A DNA stretch of 64,000 nucleotides from Octopus bimaculoides (Eukaryota). The translations under genes and the position numbers were made by a program. Position 1 is the first letter of the stretch. The number at the start of each line of letters is the position of its first letter. Location: positions 16,245,894 through 16,309,893 of the forward strand of contig NC_069005.1 in NCBI RefSeq assembly GCF_001194135.2, written 5' to 3'. Below, piece by piece: positions 51,449-62,035 of this stretch. A model generated the notes under the pieces. The model was not told the origin of the DNA. It saw nothing but the letters and a program-made list of their open reading frames with translations, and did no database searches.

Positions 51449-52156
51449 TCGTATTCCTTGTCAGTGAGCCTTTCTCTGTATAGGTTTAACATAGATTTTA
51501 GGTTTCTCGTTATTTTCTGCCGACTGTAGTGTTGGACCTTTTTCATAATATGTTGTGTCTTCTAATATGGATAGTCCTAGAGTTATATAGTATACCGTGT
51601 CCATTAAGACAACTGCACTCCCTTTATCAGCCTCTTTGATTGTTATTGTTTTATCATCTTTTAATTTGCTCAGCTCAGCCCATTCTCTGTTGCTTGTGTT
51701 TTTNNNNNNNNNNNNNNNNNNNNNNNNNNNNNNNNNNNNNNNNNNNNNNNNNNNNNNNNNNNNNNNNNNNNNNNNNNNNNNNNNNNNNNNNNNNNNNNNN
51801 NNNNNNNNNNNNNNNNNNNNNNNNNNNNNNNNNNNNNNNNNNNNNNNNNNNNNNNNNNNNNNNNNNNNNNNNNNNNNNNNNNNNNNNNNNNNNNNNNNNN
51901 NNNNNNNNNNNNNNNNNNNNNNNNNNNNNNNNNNNNNNNNNNTTGAATGGGTGTAGTTAGTTCTATCTTGAACTAAAGATTCATCCTCATTCATGCTTTA
52001 TTCTAAGTCGAAAAAGTCACAAAGACTGAAACCGGTACTAAAATGTTCTTCCTGATAAAATTATTATATTATTTTCTACCTTGTCTTATTTTGTCATGAT
52101 AGATCGCTAGCCACTATACCTTTTTCTATTTTCTCTCCTTGTTTATTTCTGTGTTC

Positions 52157-52192
52157 CTTTCTGTTGAAGAGCGTAGGCTCGAAACGTAAAAG
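52157..52192 (+). ncRNA. Minimal hammerhead-like motif with variant core
   Basis: CTTT-CTGTTGA-A-GAGC(gtag)GCTC-GAAA-CGTA-AAAG; core position 6 is T instead of A. Confidence 0.6.
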
Positions 52193-52331
52193 ACTTTCTC
52201 ACTTCCCGAGCATTAAACTAATACATCTGTTTGTTGTTTACATACCCATCATCGTCTTTTGTATTTTGTAAATTCTCACTATATATATATAGTATTTAGA
52301 TGTAACCTCTACAAATTGTTTTCTGTTGCAG

Positions 52332-52525
52332 TTGCCACAGTGTTTATGCCTCCATATTCCCAGAACACATTGGTTAAACAACAATGTTCCAGTCAAACGA
52401 TTTGAACGAATATCCTTTCCTGAAACTCTTCAAATGGACGAATTTATTTACATGGGTGTTGGTTCTGCTGGTGAGAAGGATCGCAAGAATTGGTTATTTG
52501 GAGGCAGAGCTTCTAATGTCAATCG
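52332..52525 (+). CDS. USP30: USP30 exon 7
   Basis: TTGCAG acceptor; LPQCLCLHIPRTHWLNNNVPVKRFERISFPETLQMDEFIY...; donor CG|GTAGGT, phase 2. Confidence 0.94.
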
Positions 52526-53514
52526 GTAGGTCATTTTATAGTATGGATGCTTCAGTATTTTAAATAATTTATCACATTATCATTATTCTGTCCTCACTGT
52601 CGGTTGTGAATATTGGGTAATGACCAACAGTGTATGGTAGCAAATACAAGTGACAAAAATGAGATTCCTTTGAAGAGTCTCTCAAGTAATATTACTCATC
52701 AGAGTGCATAGCTTGGAGATCAGGGAATCTCTCCAGGTCAAGTTGCTACTTCTCTGCATTGAGGGGTCACAGTATGTGATTAGACTGTCATAGGAAAGAA
52801 TCACAAGATGGATTATACAAACCAAACCAAGCCAACCAGCAAGAGACTTAGGGGTAGACCAAGAACAAGATGGTTGGATAATATCCATAGTCTCTGTTGG
52901 TCATGCTTAGGAATCCAGCTAGAAAATCTAATGGTGGTTTCTTCTGATAGGACCCTAAGGTGGAGGTACCTGAGGACTCTACTCCCACAATCCTCCCAGG
53001 AATGATATGTGGAGAAGATGGATGGATTATCATTGTCATTCATGTTAGTAATATCCTTGAATTTTATCTTCCAGCATATTTTTTATTGGTTCCTAACTTA
53101 GAATTATGTTTTACAAGGTGTGGAAATTGTTTGATTCATCCCATTTCAGAAAGTTGTATTCTCCTATTAGAAGAATACAATGAACTCCATACCACAAACT
53201 TATGAAACACCTGCTGTGATGTTACAGTTCTGCAGTAGGACTTATAGCTAGATAGACTGAGATTTTCTGAGTGTGTAGGTTATAAATTCAGTACTGTAAC
53301 TGTGATATATTACCCATCCTTTTGTCAGTAGACAACTCAGGCAACCACCTTTGAATACTCATAAGTAAAGCTTGTCATCTAATCTTATTTCATTTTCTTC
53401 AAAATCTATGCATGAAATTAAAGTTGTTGGACAACTCTTTAATTGGTGTTTTCAATTGTTAAAGGATTAAGGATAAATTGAACCCATTCAGATTAATCTG
53501 TCCAATGTAATGCT

Positions 53515-53791
53515 TATTTACTCTTTTACTTGTTTCAGTCATTTGACTGTGGCCATACTGGAGCACCGCTTTTAGTCGAGCAAATCGACCCCAGGATTTG
53601 GAAGCCTAGTACTTATTCTATCAGTCTCTTTTGCTGAACAGCTAAGTTACGCGGATGTAAACACACCAGCATCGGTCGTCAAGCGATGTTGGGGAGGGGA
53701 CAAACACAGACACAAACATATATGCACACATTTAGACTTTTTGCGGTGAAATCTCTTGCTATATTGGTAACGATTACATGGTTTTCTATGA

Positions 53792-53843
<52 letters not shown>

Positions 53844-54000
53844 GACGGGCTTCTTTCAGTTTCCGTCTAGCAAATCCATTCACAAGGCTTTGGTCGGCCC
53901 AAGGCTATAGTAGAAGGCACTTGCCCAAGGTGCTACGCAGTGGGACTGAACCCGGAACCATGTGGTTGGTAAGCAAGCTACTTACCACACAGCCACTCCT
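53515..54000 (-). mobile_element. Full-length tRNA-derived SINE (family C)
   Basis: Minus head AGGAGTGGCTGTGTGG (A box) and GGTTCAGTCCC (B box), central (TA)n; paralogous fragments at 25460, 39360, 44520, 54110 and 56300. Confidence 0.88.
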
Positions 54001-54376
54001 ACACCTATAAAACTTAATATCCCTAAGCATTCCGTCCGGTGCGCTAACGTTTCTGCCAGCTCACCACCTTTGTTCATGTTATTTTTAATCAATCAGGTTC
54101 AAGAGAGGTGTCCTATCAGTCTCTTTTGCTGAATCGCTAAGTTACAAGGATGTAAACACACCAATACTGGTTGTCAAGTGGTGGTGGGACACACACGTGT
54201 ACAATGAGCTTCTGTCAGTTTCTACCTACCAAATCCACTTTAAGCCTGAGCCTATAGTAGAAGACACTTGCCCAAAGTGCCACACAATGGAACTGGACCC
54301 AAGACCATGTGGTTTAGAAGCAAGCTTCTTATCGCTATTCTCTTGCTAAATATGTTTTTTTCTGTTTCTTTCCCAG

Positions 54377-54767
54377 ATCACTAACCAGACTAACATCATC
54401 ATCAGCAGCTGTAAACTTGCTACGAGCCTTAAATCACCATTCACAGACCACTATGAATGAATTTCTGGCAACGCCTGCATTGCAAAGTGCCATGTATTCC
54501 AATGTGCAAACAGATGTCAACCAAAATGGCCCTAATCCACCCAAATATGACCTGAGTGCACACACTTACAGACTTATTGCAGTGATTGAACATATTGGAG
54601 ACGTAGTGAGCGGTCATTTTGTTTCATACAGACGTTGTCCCACATCTAAGTCAGGCGAGAAGCACAGTGATAAATGGCTTTTCACCTCTGACACAGTTGT
54701 GAAGAAAGTCAGTCTGTCTCAAGTATTGAACTCTGAAGCATATATGTTATTTTATGAGAAGGTTTGA
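54377..54767 (+). CDS. USP30: USP30 exon 8 (His box, stop)
   Basis: TCCCAG acceptor continues phase 2; YRLIAVIEHIGDVVSGHFVSYRR...WLFTSDTVVKKVSLSQVLNSEAYMLFYEKV*. His codon 54615, Ser codon 54687, TGA 54765-54767. Confidence 0.96.
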
Positions 54768-54823
54768 TAGGTGTACTTTGGACACATTTTTTGCACCATT
54801 ATTCAGCAATATCTGCAGTTGAG

Positions 54824-54825
<2 letters not shown>

Positions 54826-54864
<39 letters not shown>
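54826..54864. repeat. (CA)n in the presumed USP30 3' UTR
   Basis: Direct read. Confidence 0.97.
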
Positions 54865-54867
<3 letters not shown>

Positions 54868-55697
54868 GTCTTCAACTCTGTAGGAGAATGTAGAATATTT
54901 TAAATTATCTTATTTTCTGAATGTATTGTAAATGACATTTAATTGCACATTCATTAGTGTACATTGTAGCTGACTGAATGAATACGGTGCTGATTTATTT
55001 AGCTTTAGGATTCATGGTTCATATCCAACATTAGTACTGATGAATTTTTCTAATAATTCTATATCATCCAGTTCATTGCTAGAATTAGCAAGATCACTGT
55101 AATTGAGGAATGTTGGAATACTGAGCTCAGATCCTCTCATGGGCCTGAAGAAGAGGCATTGGGAAAATTGCTCAGACCAACCCAGTATTGATAACGAAGC
55201 AGTCTTCACATGGTGCTCCAGGATTTTTCTTATACTTTGTTTTCACAATAAGGAATGTCATCAGTGCAGTTACTGATTAGATTCCATCCTTTCAACTGAA
55301 GTGCGAGAGAATTTTCATTGTATTTAATGTAGGTGATTGGTGTAAATTGAGCATGTTAAAAAAAAATCTATCTGGACTTTTAACAGCTACTGCTTTACAA
55401 TGTTACCATTTTCTTTTTTAAATGAATTCTCAAAATGACTATTTAAATACTTGAAGAATGAAAAATATGATTAAAAATGATGGGAAATCCTTTACATAAA
55501 AGAAACCTTTATTGATGTTGTCATACAAAATATCCATATATACAAAACCCAAAGTACCAGAATTCTCTAAGTTTTCTTCTACTTTTGGTTGGAAACCTGT
55601 TCATTAATTTGGGCTTTAATTCCCACCTGGAACTCTTTAAAATGTTGCTATTTCTTTTGTAGAAATTGTTGGTTTTATTAATTACCAGAAATCAAGA

Positions 55698-55703
55698 AAT
55701 AAA
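55698..55703 (+). promoter_or_regulatory. Candidate USP30 polyadenylation signal
   Basis: AATAAA about 930 nt after the stop; no transcript evidence. Confidence 0.3.
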
Positions 55704-56299
55704 AAATTAATATCGCCAAATGTTCTCGAAATATAAATGAACACATTTTTTATTGCAATGATTTTAAAATAACTAAGGGAAGTTGAGATGGTCAAGTCAC
55801 CTGTGTAAATACACTCATTTAATTAACTATTTTGTTGGGTGTCTCTTTGTTCTGCATTTAAATCTTATTAGGATTGTTAACCTTTCTACTTCTCTTTGAT
55901 TGATACTTTCAGTTAACTTGTGATATCAAAATTTTAAAATATCTTAAATGAAATCCTTCATGTTTCAGGCTATTTCTTATGAAACATTTAGTGATAAAGC
56001 CTGTGAATAACATTATTAACATTTTTTTTTTGCCTTAGAAACGTGAAATGAAATGTATTAGAAATGCTCAATGGCCTTAACTATCCACAGGGAGGGAATG
56101 AGCACAAGATCAGTGCATTCCATTTTAACACAGGATTTGTGCATGCAGAGAGTGTCAAAGAAATTCGTCCCCAAGGTGCTATTAGCTTGCTTTGTTTGGA
56201 AGGAGTAGTAGTAGTAGTTAGGGTATTTATCACTTCTCATAATGGAAATAATTTAAAACTTTGAGTTGGAGCCAGTCGACAAATTTAAACTGCTTGATT

Positions 56300-56532
56300 A
56301 CTCTTACTCTTTTACTTGTTTCAGTCATTTGACTGTGGCCATGCTGGAGCACTGCCTTTAGTCGAGAAAATCAACCCCAGGACTTATTCTTTGTAAGCCT
56401 AGTACTTATTCTATCGGTCTCTTTTGCCGAACCACTAAGTTACGGGGACGTAAACACANNNNNNNNNNCAATGGTAAGGTTGGAACTATTTCCAACCTTA
56501 CCATTGCTCTCTTTATCCTTTTATATATTTAC

Positions 56533-56567
<35 letters not shown>

Positions 56568-56690
56568 TACGACGGGCCCCCTTCAGCCTCCATTCACCCA
56601 CAAGGCCCTGATCAGTCCGAGGCTACAGTAGAAGACACCTGCCCAAGGCACCACGCAGCGAGACAGAACCTGGAACCATGTGGCTCGTAA
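56300..56690 (-). mobile_element. Family-C SINE, split by a 10-N gap
   Basis: Matches 53515-54000. Confidence 0.8.
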
Positions 56691-57718
56691 TTTCTCATGT
56701 ATAGAAAGTCATCATAATATACATTATAAAATACTCTTAATTTTACCAGTTTAAAGTTAGAATTTGTGCTAAGATATGAGGGTTAGGGTGATTTCTTAGT
56801 TTCCACCCTATAAAATTGAATTCAGTTCACTCAATACTGTTCTCAGCTATTAGTAAAAACTCTGAAATTCTTAAGTCATAAACTTCTTAAAGCTTGGCAG
56901 AAAATGAACTTTTGTAATTGATAAATAAGATACATCTGTTAATATATTTTCACTATAAATTTGTTTCAGTTTACCACTAGAAGTAAAAAGTACTATTTAC
57001 TTATTTTATTTATTTTGTCTTGCTCGCTTACGTTCTGCTGAATTTTTCTTGAGAACAGTCTTTTCTTAGTGGTCAGACCGTAAGTGGTCTTCTAGCAAAA
57101 GTGATGTTCACTTAGTGGTCATCCCTCTTATATGTATGTAATATATTCATCTTTTTTTATAATAATTTCTAAAGTATGTTTAATTCCATATTATAATTTT
57201 TAAAGATCAGTTACTTCTCAAGTTAAGTTTAAATAGCATTTGAAAGTTCACTAAAGTGAAGTTAAATAAGATTTGAAAGTTCACTAAAAAACACAAGTTG
57301 GTAAAATTATATTTTTTTTCATTTTTTTTTTCTTATCAATTTAAAGGCAATATAAAAATGTTTGTTACTGGAAAGTAGATAAAAAAAATTGTGACATAAC
57401 TTTCCAGATTCTCTGCTTACCAGCATCTTACTCAAACTGTCACCATAACAGAAAAAATATATTACTGCACCAGTCACAGAAAACCTGGACACAGTCCCTT
57501 CCTGTAGGGATGAACCACTTGAACAAAAATTCAGTTATCTGTTTTGTGGTTTTCTCTCCATTTTACTTTTCAGAAAACTGTATTACTTATAGTCTAAGTA
57601 GTACAAGTATCAAAGATGATATTTGATGATGTAAAGATCCATTTGAGACCAGCAGTGTTTTGATGTCTGTTTTTCACTGAGTTTAGAAGAAAATATTTGT
57701 TTTTTAACATCTTCAGAA

Positions 57719-58869
57719 TTATATATAGTTATTTATGGTGGCGTCAACCAGTTTCCTGAAATGGTCAGGAATGGAATGAACAACCTTCTGAAGTGTGTCA
57801 TCTGGGATATCATTGAGAACCTCCTGCATCCATGTCTCCAAGCCCTCCAGTGTGCCAGGTTTTGTCTTGTACATCTCTTTTGTGTAACCCCACAGGTAAA
57901 AATCACATGGAGTGAGATCTGGACTTCTTGGAGGCCATTCATGAGGTGAGTTTCGTCCCATCCAAAGTCCTAGAAAATGTTGGTCTAACCATGCATGCAC
58001 AGTAAGAGCAAAATAAGGTGGTGCACCATTCTGCATGAATATCGGGTCACCAATGTTATCCCAGCCAGACACTGTGGGCCACATGTAATTTCCAAACATC
58101 TGAAGGTAGTGGTCCATATTCATGGTGTCATGTTGGAGATTTGGGCCGGAAACTCTTGTTGCTGTCATTCTGCACCACACGGTCACTTTTGGTTGAGCTT
58201 GCATCTTCTCAACCATCATGTTTGGATTCTTATCGCACAATACCCAATAATGGCTGTTGTGACAATTGATGAGACCACCACAACGGAATACAGCTACGTC
58301 ACTCCGGAAGATGTTTTCAAACATTTCAGGCCAACCTAGCATTAACTCTCCATATTCCATTCTGAAGTTACAGTCTTTGGGTTTTAGCTCCTGCACATAA
58401 TGGGGTTTCCATGGACAAAAATTTGATTCTTTGTGCAACACTGTACATATTGCGCCTTGTTAGTTCACTTTCACAAGCTGCTTGACATGTTTCTTGCAGG
58501 CTGCAATTAAACATTTCCTGCACTGTTGCCACTTTCTCCACTGATTGGGATGTTGTTGGATAGTCACTTCTTGCATCATTCACAGACCCCATGGTCATCA
58601 GTTTTGCATGACAACTTTGTATTGTCTCCAGACATAGTGTTGCATGCTTACCTTTCCATGTACGCCATCTCTGAACCAAAACAATGGAATTCCACATTTC
58701 ATAGCATGCTGCTACCTTAGCTTAATCCTGAACTGACCGGCGACCGGTCATCTGGAAAATAAGAAATAAGAAAATATGACATCCCCATTAGTTTTGTCTG
58801 TTTAAAAAATGTTTTCGTCATGACGTCAGTGATACTAAAAATTCTATAAACAATTTCTAATGCCCTGTA
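57719..58869 (-). mobile_element. rosa/DD41D Tc1-mariner transposon relic
   Basis: TA|CAGGGC terminus at 58869; 240-aa ORF with FMQNGAPP and WPPRSPDLTPCDFYLWG; 41 residues counted between the second and third catalytic positions. Confidence 0.85.
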
Positions 58870-59154
58870 TACACACACACATCATTTTATGTGAATGTTC
58901 CATACTAGCATAGGTTGAACATTTTGACAGAAACCAGTGGGTCAGAAAACTGCATTGTACTCCAGTGTTTACTTGAGCATGACTGGACACCAACAATTTA
59001 CAATGTGTATTGGCTGCTTATTTCATGGCTCCAGCACTAGTGCAGTCACCATGCAGCTTGCAAAACTTAGAGGATCTTACTCTTGTATGCTGTATGATGA
59101 CCTCATTCATGCTGGTGCCATCAATAAAATACCCAATATGCAATATATATATAT

Positions 59155-60063
59155 ATATATATCTCCAAAGTTTAAAATTTTTACATTTAAGACAAATATA
59201 TCAGTTGCCATACACTTCATCAGGAATAACTTTTTAGAACAAAAAAAAACAAGTAATGAATACACCAAACAAAAAATCAAAAAAATCAAAATTTGAAAAT
59301 CTGTAAAAGAATATCTAATCATTATAGTACCTTTAGAGATAGAAGGAAAATAGCAAGCACTAGCCTTAGTAAATTCATCTGGGAACTCAAAGAACAAAAG
59401 AAGCCATATTGGTTAGAATGGTCGATTATCGCAAGATCTTTTCCATATGAGAGGGGTAAGAAATACTGTTCGCTATATACCTTAGAACTTTATTACATAT
59501 TATTCTCTAAGGGTAAGTTGATAAATAAACTAACAAATAATGCTCTGAAATGTACACATATTTTAAGACATACTTTTCGTTGGTTTAAATGAAATTGAAA
59601 TATGACAGGGTATTATAATGCATTATATCATAGTAGTTAGTCCATAGACAGGTCATACTAATATAATTAACCAATAGCAGCAGGGATTTTGTAAAATCCT
59701 TTAAAGATAATATAGTATAAATTCCCATGGTAGTTGAAGATTAGATATAATTTATAGCAAATTACAATATAAGTTTAGGTCTCTAAGTAGGTCACATTAG
59801 TATATAATGTACCAATAGCAGTTGTGGTCTTTACTATAACTTTTAGTGACAATTGAGAATTGAGTTCAATTATAATAGAGAATTGACTATAATCTATAGT
59901 ACATTGTAGTAACCAATTTAGGGGTATTATTGATAATTTAGTTAAAATTATTTCATTAAGACTCTCCAGATTATCTGCTAATAATAGAGCTCAATTCTAT
60001 ATTTTGGCATAAAATTGGGCAGTTTATAAAGAGAAGGTTTACTATATTGAAACTGGTTGTAGT

Positions 60064-60094
<31 letters not shown>

Positions 60095-61045
60095 TATATA
60101 ATATTGGATATTAAGGCAGGACATATTAAAATATTAAAGTTACAAGTAGCGGCTGTGGTTTTGCCATTAACTTCTAGGCACAATTTAGTATGGATTCCAT
60201 TATAATGGAGAGTTATTTATAACTTATAGTACAATATAGTGTGTTATTAGATCTTAAAGCAGGCTATATAAATGTATAACTTGACAATAGCAATTGTAGG
60301 TTTTGAATAAAATCTTAGAGGTAGGATAACACACTATAGATCTCCATTCTAATGAAAATTGTTTATTATTTATAACTTAGAGTGCATAGAATATAATATT
60401 AGGTCCTAAAGCAGGCCATATTAATATATTAATATGTAACTTAAATATAACACCTGTGGGTTTTGGGAAAAACTCCTAGAGATAATAATTCCTATTGTAA
60501 TTGAAGGTTATTTATAATTTATTTATAATTCATATTTTATAGTACTATGTAGTATAATATTAGATTTTAAGGTAGGCATATCAATGCACAATTTACCAAT
60601 AGTAATTGTAGGCTTTACAATAGCTCCTAGGATAATATAATTTATGTACCTAGAATAATTTAATTACTATTGGAATAGAAATTTGAGTAATAATTGTAAC
60701 AGATTCATATAATATGGCAAGGGGTTACCTCACCTTAATCCAATTAGTTTTAAGAAGAAAAATACTTTTAGGCCGTTTAACGCTAGAAATACGGTATGGA
60801 TTTTCAAATTTTGATTTTTTGATTTTTTGTTTGATGTATTCATTATTTGTTTTTTTTGTTCTAAAACATTGTTCTAAAAAGTTATTCCTGATGAAGTATA
60901 TGGCAACTGATATATTTGACTTATACTTGATGGTCAAATATAGCTTTGTACAGAAATGTTAACATCGGATTAAATAACATTGATATGGATATTGGCGTCA
61001 AGTCTCTTTCTTAAATGTAAATATTTAAAACTTTGGATATATAAA
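59155..61045. mobile_element. Tail-to-tail inverted Penelope-like fragments
   Basis: 59155-59300 is inverted at 60798-61043; the plus frame 59310-59520 reads RISNHYSTF..SLSKFIWELK..LEWSII..PYERGKKYCSL (GIY-YIG C-terminus). Confidence 0.75.
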
Positions 61046-61654
61046 CAAGGAGAACGATCCCTAAGGAGTCTAATTTAGATTTTTCTTGCGGTGAAATCTC
61101 CTGCTATATTGGTAACGATTACATAGTTTACTTTGAAAAATTATATATATATATATCACTTGACCACATGACCGATTAGACTATCATATATTGCACGTTG
61201 CTGGTCAAAATGCACTTTGCTAGGCATGCAGGCCAACATTTACCCTAATAATGACAGTTTCAAATTTTGGCATGAGTACAGGAGCAATGTGAAATGAAGT
61301 GTTTTGCTCAAGAATACAATGTGCCACCCAATCTTTGAATCAATAATCATGGTCTAGCAATTGAGTCCAACAGCCTAACCACTAGGCCATGCACCTTCAC
61401 TCCAAAATATATGTATATATATATGTGTGTATATGTGTATGTATGTATATATATATATGTGATGTGTGTGTGTGTGTGTATATGTATGTATGTGTATTGG
61501 CTGCTTTTTTCATGGTTCCAGCACTAGTGTGGTCACCATGCATCTTGCAAAACTTAGAGGATCTTACTCTTGTATGCTGCACGATTGCCTCATTGGTGAT
61601 GGTGCCACGAGTAAAACACCCAATATGTAATGATCAAGAAGGTGAATGACAATG

Positions 61655-62012
61655 ACTTTTTTGTGTGCACAGTCTGTGACAGACTATGACTGTCTTTTGC
61701 TGGTCTCAAATCCCATCTGCGAACTCATGGAAAAGGAACCTCCACCAACTATTCTGCCTATATGTCTGTGCACACCTTTGAATGCAGTGTATGCCAAAAG
61801 GTTTGCAAATCCAACGGACGCCTCAAAAGACATTTTAAGATCCACAATGATCAGAACTTATCTGCAGCTCTTGGTGATCCAAATCGGAGGTGCAATCTAT
61901 GTAGGTGTATTTTCAGAACATTGTCTGGTTTAAGAAGCCACATCAGATGCCACCATGGTGCTAAGGTGTAGGTACAGGAGGTGGTCAAACTCTGCATAAG
62001 TAGACAACCACT
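61655..62012 (+). mobile_element. 3' end of an RTE-type LINE with three C2H2 zinc fingers
   Basis: CTVCDRL*LSFAGLKSHLRTH; CSVCQKVCKSNGRLKRHFKIH; CNLCRCIFRTLSGLRSHIRCH; stop at 61971, then a short UTR. Confidence 0.6.
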
Positions 62013-62035
62013 ATATACATGTATGTATTTATATA

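Larger units (their letters stand above)
48520..51990 (-). mobile_element. Near-complete Penelope-like element with two nested insertions
   Basis: IKEADKGSAVVLMD, FYGIPK, AMGMRTPP, YISTNNP, RRPNCDIC, LIYVLTCS, YKPLLN; flanked by an inverted repeat (48584-48676 / 51992-52092); gap 51704-51942. Confidence 0.88.

Noticed and set aside
55012-55209. Terminal exon of a convergent minus-strand gene
   Set aside because: Only a short ORF with a possible acceptor; no recognisable protein motif and no supporting upstream exons.
56469-56506. Perfect 17-bp hairpin
   Set aside because: It starts exactly at a 10-N gap edge, so an artefact cannot be excluded; no functional motif.
61058-61125. Hammerhead-like remnant (CTAAGGA...GAAA), partly repeated at 53737-53800
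   Set aside because: The core is mutated and stems I and III cannot be formed.
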